NCBI GenBank assembly: GCA_973895155.1
Contig: OZ316897.1
Span: 22,171,455-22,235,454 of the forward strand
From: Marsupella aquatica
Lineage: Eukaryota; Plantae; Marchantiophyta
Length of the DNA stretch: 64,000 bases
Reading direction: 5' to 3'
Positions 58,521 to 64,000 of this stretch are shown in pieces; within the stretch, counting starts at the first letter, position 1, and the number at the start of each line of letters is the position of its first letter. The position numbers were made by a program, and so were the translations under genes. The notes under the pieces are model-generated. The model was not told where the DNA came from and searched no databases. It was given only the letters and a program-made list of their open reading frames with translations.

Positions 58521-61447
58521 AAAGTCAAGGAGAGAAGGAGAGAGTCTTTGTGTTTCTATCCAACATGCCTGGCTACCCTTTTGTTTTTCTACCCAAAATG
58601 CCCCTGCATTTGAATGACGACCACTCTATGAATTGGCGCAATGTTATATTATCGGTTTCAGGTTTAGGGTGTTAGGGTGTTAGGGCTTAGCAAAGATGAC
58701 CATTCTATTGTTATCCTTTCAATCCCCCTGCATTGCATAAAAAATGTTGTTTGGTTAAAGATGTTGTTGAGAAATAGATCGTGATGCAAAAGACATCGTT
58801 GAATATATAAATAAATAAAAATTATTAAAATGTATTATTGCATAAAAACTTTTGTTGAATGAAAGATATCATTGTGCAAAATACTGGTTATGGCAGCCAC
58901 AAAAGTTCCCTTTGCAGTTTTTTTCTCCTTGCACAACAAAATTCTTGAATAAAAGATGTCATTGCACAAAAGACTGGCTATGACACCACAAAAGTATAAC
59001 AAAATGAGAAGTTTTTTCCCTTTTTTTCCACCTTCCTTTTTAACCAATTTTCTCTTATGTTCCTTTTGAACCTTAACCTCCCCTTTTGTCCCATTCCCCT
59101 GTTTTTGGTCTTCTCTTTTTCTCATTCACCATCACTCCACTCGCTCGCCGCACCCCCCCTCCCCACCCATGCGAGACTGGAGCCCTTCGAGGGGCTGCCC
59201 TACATTGTGAGTGTGCCCTTTGCCCGACACCTTGCGATCAATGCCCATGCCATGCGCTTCACTATGTCTTTGGGCCTTGTTTCTTTGTTTTTTGGCATTG
59301 AAAATGACAGTGCAAATGACTATAAAAATCAACACAAATATTGGGAGAACCTTTTTTTATTGATCTAGTGCCTAAAATATTATTAGCAATTAAACTCCAC
59401 TTGCCAGTATTATACAAAACTATGCTGCACACAATATTGAATAAGTACAATACTTATTTGCATGGATCATGAGTATCCTCCTTTATCCTTGTGCATTGAT
59501 ACTCATCATTGTGTTAAAATCTTTCACTGTTTTTGGTGTCTTGTGTGATTATTTTTGCTTGTCTTGGACAATGGTGCAACTTTTTGTGAGTCACATTAAA
59601 CTCAATTCACACTTTGGCTTTATTACTTACCTTTGACCAGATTTTTAAATTTTTGTGCCCTGCAAATTTGAATGAGCCATCACTGTCTCTAAAAAGTGGT
59701 GCAACTGTACATTATAAGAGTTAATGTACTAACTTCAATTGTTTGGTTTTTTTGTAAATTGGTCAGCTTCCCTGTTTAGTGCCCTTTTCTTAACTCATTT
59801 GTTTCAGCAAGCCATGAATTGGCTATTGAATAGACTTGACCAGTTCCAAAACCCTAATGGAGTGGGTATTGTATACATTTTAAAATCACAAATTACTAAT
59901 AAAAGAAAAGTGCAATCATTACTTTGGCCTTAGTTAAGTATTAAATAGATCTTTGATATTCATGAACTCCCGAAGGTGCACGAGGGGCTTGGTAGTTAGT
60001 CCTTCCTTTGCACTACAAAAGGGGCCCTATCAATACGGCACATGTTCATTTCCATGGGTGACCAGCAGACTTGTCCTGTTCACTTAAGTGAACAAATACC
60101 CCTCACTATATTTTGAGCCATAGATTGTCCACAGTGGTAAATTAATGAGATGAGATTGATTTATGAATTGGAAGGATTCTAATGTAGCTATAGTAGTTTC
60201 CATGAAGAATTGAAATAGCTATAAATTTGTAAAGATTAGTCACTCAGTCACTTCACTTCACTCTCCACACTTAGTATTTTCAGAAGTTCATTTTTTAGCA
60301 TATAACTACGACAAAAAAGAAATCATAAGGTATATCCTGAGAGGAGGTAACAGACAGAAGCGATGTCTAGCTCGCTGCATATATGGACATCATTCAATCC
60401 TTGAGTTGAATTCCAAAGCCCGAACTTGGATCCGTAGACAATCGCACTCCCAATTATGGAGAGATACATTGATCCAGATCTATTTGGCGAGCAAACTCCC
60501 GCTGCACACAAATTCATACTTCTAATGTATGTGTTCATTTCCATACATTGGACATATTTAAGACATGCTTAAATGAGAGTTATGAAAATTCGCAACAAAC
60601 AATGTCGATGAGCTGTGGAGCTCTGAAAATATAGAAACTAATGCAAAGAACAAAAGGTGCCACAGAGGGAGACAGGATCCGGAAGGCAACAAACCCCAAG
60701 AAACCAAATGATGGAGGGAAACACTTAGGCGAACAACACAGGAAGGCAGAAGAGCCAAAACGCCCAAGAATCCGCAGCAACTGGCTAAAGAATAAAAACT
60801 AGATTGAACCCTAATGAGCAAAAAACCGAAGCTCCTACAACCAGGCAGAATTATTGTAGCGTAGATCGAAGAAATGCCATTTTTCTCAGGTCTCCGGCAG
60901 CAGCCTTACATTTATAATTGCTAAGTACTGCCCAGATTGAGGAATTCTTTCACTCGAGGGTCTCACTATATGGGGATCTCCCTATCGCCTGCGACGTTTG
61001 TAGACCTTGGACCTCCTAAAATATAAGAAATAATTTTTATTTTTAAATCTATATAAAATTAGAATATTTTTAGAATATTTCAAAAATTAGATTAAAAAGG
61101 ATTTAATGTTCTTATAAATCTCAAAATTAAATTTAAAATACCTTATTATTTTTTACAAAAATTCTTAAATTTTCCCTTGCAATACCCTATCTTTCGTAGC
61201 ACTATGTGCCTTGTGAAAGTGAAACCCCCTAGTTACTTTCCTTGCTGAGTCTAGCATGGCATTTTCACAATATATTCAGGCTTGAAACCAAATGCCTGTA
61301 CGAGAATATAGAGCCCCCAAGTTCGAACGAAGTGCATCTACAGAAAGCTTCACTACAGACTATGAGAATTTGCGAATCCGTCTTTCGGCCAATGCTCAAG
61401 ACAGTAGCTCGTTCGTGAATTGTGTAACATTAACCAGATTCAATCCA

Positions 61448-62280
61448 CTACCATGCTAACGTGACGTTGTTCCTCATCGCAACGGACTGCTTGACCTGGT
61501 CTATTTCCTGGTTGTTACCATTGACACCGAAGGCCGTGCTGAGAACATTGTCGGGGAGACCTTTGCCACCGGCGGTGAAGAGAGCTTTGGCAATTAGGAG
61601 CGTTCCGGGGTTCTCACTGGAGAGCGCAGAGAAGCCTGAAGCCGGTGTCTTACCATTATTGCGCTGCCAGTGCAAAGTACCCTTGGGAAACACAAAGATG
61701 TCGCCCGCCTGCACGGTTGTCTCGAATAGCTCGTTTGCAGTATCGACAAATCCCACGTCAAGTGCCCCTGGAACAAAAATAAACCACAAGAATCACCAAT
61801 TCAGTCCTCAGTATAATGATCACGGGGGAACCAGGATTCTCAATGCTTGGACGTACCGAAGCATATTTTCTCTAGCACGATGGCACGAGCAGCTCGTAAC
61901 GTCATGTAACGATCCTAATGAAACACAGGTTAGATCCATTACTTGCAGTGTCATAGCGATTTTTTCGGAACTGTACCTGAAAGAACGTAGAACACTTCGG
62001 TTGCGCGAGGATGAGTATGGGGATCAATCTGCGACTCTGCGCCGAACTCGAACAGCACAGCTGCAAGGCCCAGCCCGCTGAGTCCTCTGATGGCGGCTCC
62101 GGTGGGCGCCGCTATTCCCTTGCCTAGCGTCTGAGGGTTGCGGAATCCCTTGAAAGTAAAGTCGTCCACGGTCGGGTTGGTGACATTGAAATCGGTGGTG
62201 AGGTCGGGGTCACTCGCAAGAACTGTGTGCACCATCAGTGTGAACACCAGCAGTCCCAAAATGAACACAAATTTCGCCAT
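61448..62280 (-). CDS. Germin-like protein (cupin), 207 aa, signal peptide; exons 62280-61977 and 61767-61448
   Basis: Germin box PHTHPRATE, GDIFVFPKGTLHWQ; phase-1 GT-AG intron 61768-61976; hydrophobic N-terminus ending in LA-SDPD. Confidence 0.95.
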
Positions 62281-62512
62281 GGTGTATCGGTAGATTGGAT
62301 GCCCACCTGTTGTTCTAATTCCGTTCGCTCCAATGTGATCAGGATTCAATTAACTGCACGTCGTGGATAGTTTCGGCAGGCTAGTAAAGAAGCACTCAGA
62401 CTGTACGCAAGTCCGAATGCTTTCAGTGAGGTGTTCACAGACTAGATTTGGGAAGTCTAATACCCAAGTCTAATACCTGGTTCCGGTTGAATCATTTGAA
62501 CAAGGACAACGG

Positions 62513-62520
62513 TATTTATA
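62513..62520 (-). promoter_or_regulatory. TATA box of the germin-like gene
   Basis: CCTATAAATACC on the minus strand, ~235 bp upstream of the ATG. Confidence 0.55.
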
Positions 62521-64000
62521 GGAATTGAACGAGTAAATTAGCTGAGGGAATTGGCTGAGTGCAGTTCCTTGTAGAGAAAGGCAAGTCTGTTTGACAAAGT
62601 CAACAATTGGAAACACGGTTAGAAGGAAGGCCCGACGGCTCTCCATTAACACTCCTCCCGCCCGGCCGACAGGCCCGGTCTTGTCTGTGCTGGGTCATGA
62701 CTTCGTGAACTGACGAGCATGAGGAAGTCGGCTTGGAAGGTCAGGCTGGCTGATCGACCACTTCGGACTTTGTACAACTAACGGCATTACACATTGTACA
62801 CTTGGCTGGAACGATATTACTCATGAAGGGGTCCGTGCCTCCTTGGCTTCTGAAGCGAGTACAAAAAATAATTAAGTGGCTAGCAGATCAAATTTACAAG
62901 TGAAAGTACATAAACGGAGCCTATTTGCGATACAAATTAAACTGCACGCCGTATATGCATTGTATATCATTACGTACATATATGGAACGTGGGAGTGTTC
63001 ATTGTGCTGTGCATCTATATATGCTGCAGTGAGATGTATTTGATAAAATGGCCCGAGAATAAATAAAGCAGTGGAATAGTTTCATGCTTGTTAGACCCGA
63101 ACGTGGTGCCAAGTGGTGTTGCTGGGACGTTCACAAGGGTCAGTCTACCGTTCTAGTCCTTCTGTACCAAAAGCCTTTGGGAAGATCAGACTTAGTGTGA
63201 TTTGTTCAACTCGTTTTTGTGAATGAGAATTGGGATAGAGACAGGTGGTGAGAAAGACCACCGCTTACCAACAGTCGATAACTCCGAGATAACTCCGAGT
63301 CAGTCACTCATTGACGAAGTTCACTTACGTGTATCAGTCCGATTTCACAATAGAGGCCAGGTCCCTCCGGAAGTGGCTATTTCAGATCAATCAGGGATGC
63401 ACGTACGCTTATCGCGTGAGGCTGGATTGCATAAGCTTAGTCTTTGATCCATGGTTAATGAATAATTGAAGGCGAGTCAAGCTGACTATTTCTTCTTGCG
63501 ATGTCGAATTGCCGCCAACGAACCCGGAGAAAACATTCAATCTCCTACTTCGTTTGAACGAAACGCTATATTGGAACAACCCACAGCAGCAATCTTGACT
63601 AGGATGTTCTAGGCGATGAGTAAGCATACGAACTGACCAACAAATACGAATAATCAGCATACCAGCTGAAACTTTTACTATCAAGCTGTACGTTGGAAGC
63701 TTCAGTTCAATGAAATTATATTTCCTGTCCAGTCTGATATTTCCTGTCCAGTCTGATAATTATATGGGCTTTCAATGTTGGACGTGACAACTTGCATGTA
63801 GTGAGTAAACCGGCAAACCCGAGACACCTCTTGAACTCTCCGCCTTCATAGAACAAGCTAGGTTTCTGGATGTAGATAAGTTTCGGTCCCTTTGACTTCG
63901 TGTAGCAGAAAGTTAATTGCCAATCACATAGCCATGCAATGAAGGAATGACAGAGAAGTTCAGAATCACTGATGCAGTCAGTAGGATGACAAAATTTGGC

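Noticed and set aside
60957-61229. Possible AT-rich MITE bounded by GGGTCTCACT / AGTGAAACCC
   Set aside because: The inverted repeat is short and imperfect and no TSD was found

Overview
Eukaryotic, TE-rich window, most likely from a bryophyte such as a liverwort (inferred from spliceosomal GT-AG introns, plant-type CACTA and Ty3/gypsy elements, TTTAGGG motifs and a Cys-less germin-like gene). Positions 1-46.7 kb are a nested transposon stack. (i) A Ty3/gypsy element (intact pol plus ~3.2 kb 3' LTR) sits inside a CACTA element whose right end at 7344 truncates a ParB-like + amino-DNA-methyltransferase gene. (ii) That gene belongs to an outer cargo element 'Y', which also carries an F-box-like gene and unknown ORFs and is marked by the palindrome CCGATAAATTTATCGG. 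(iii) The gene is split by an 18-kb TIR element 'X' (10361-28408; 25-bp TIRs, 4-bp TSD TAAC) carrying a second, catalytically degenerate ParB-MTase gene, an FCP1/SCP-like phosphatase, a broken transposase-like gene and its own palindrome TCGAGA-N3-TCTCGA. (iv) Two more gypsy copies and an apparent solo LTR have 2.7-4.6 kb LTRs that contain long sense ORFs. Positions 47-64 kb are mostly intergenic, with small repeats/MITEs, an intronless fungal-like SDR and a germin-like protein gene. The best candidate for an undescribed system is a family of large DNA transposons, each encoding a ParB-MTase and carrying an element-specific, parS/operator-like palindrome in its introns and intergenic DNA. All calls are by eye; no database searches were run.
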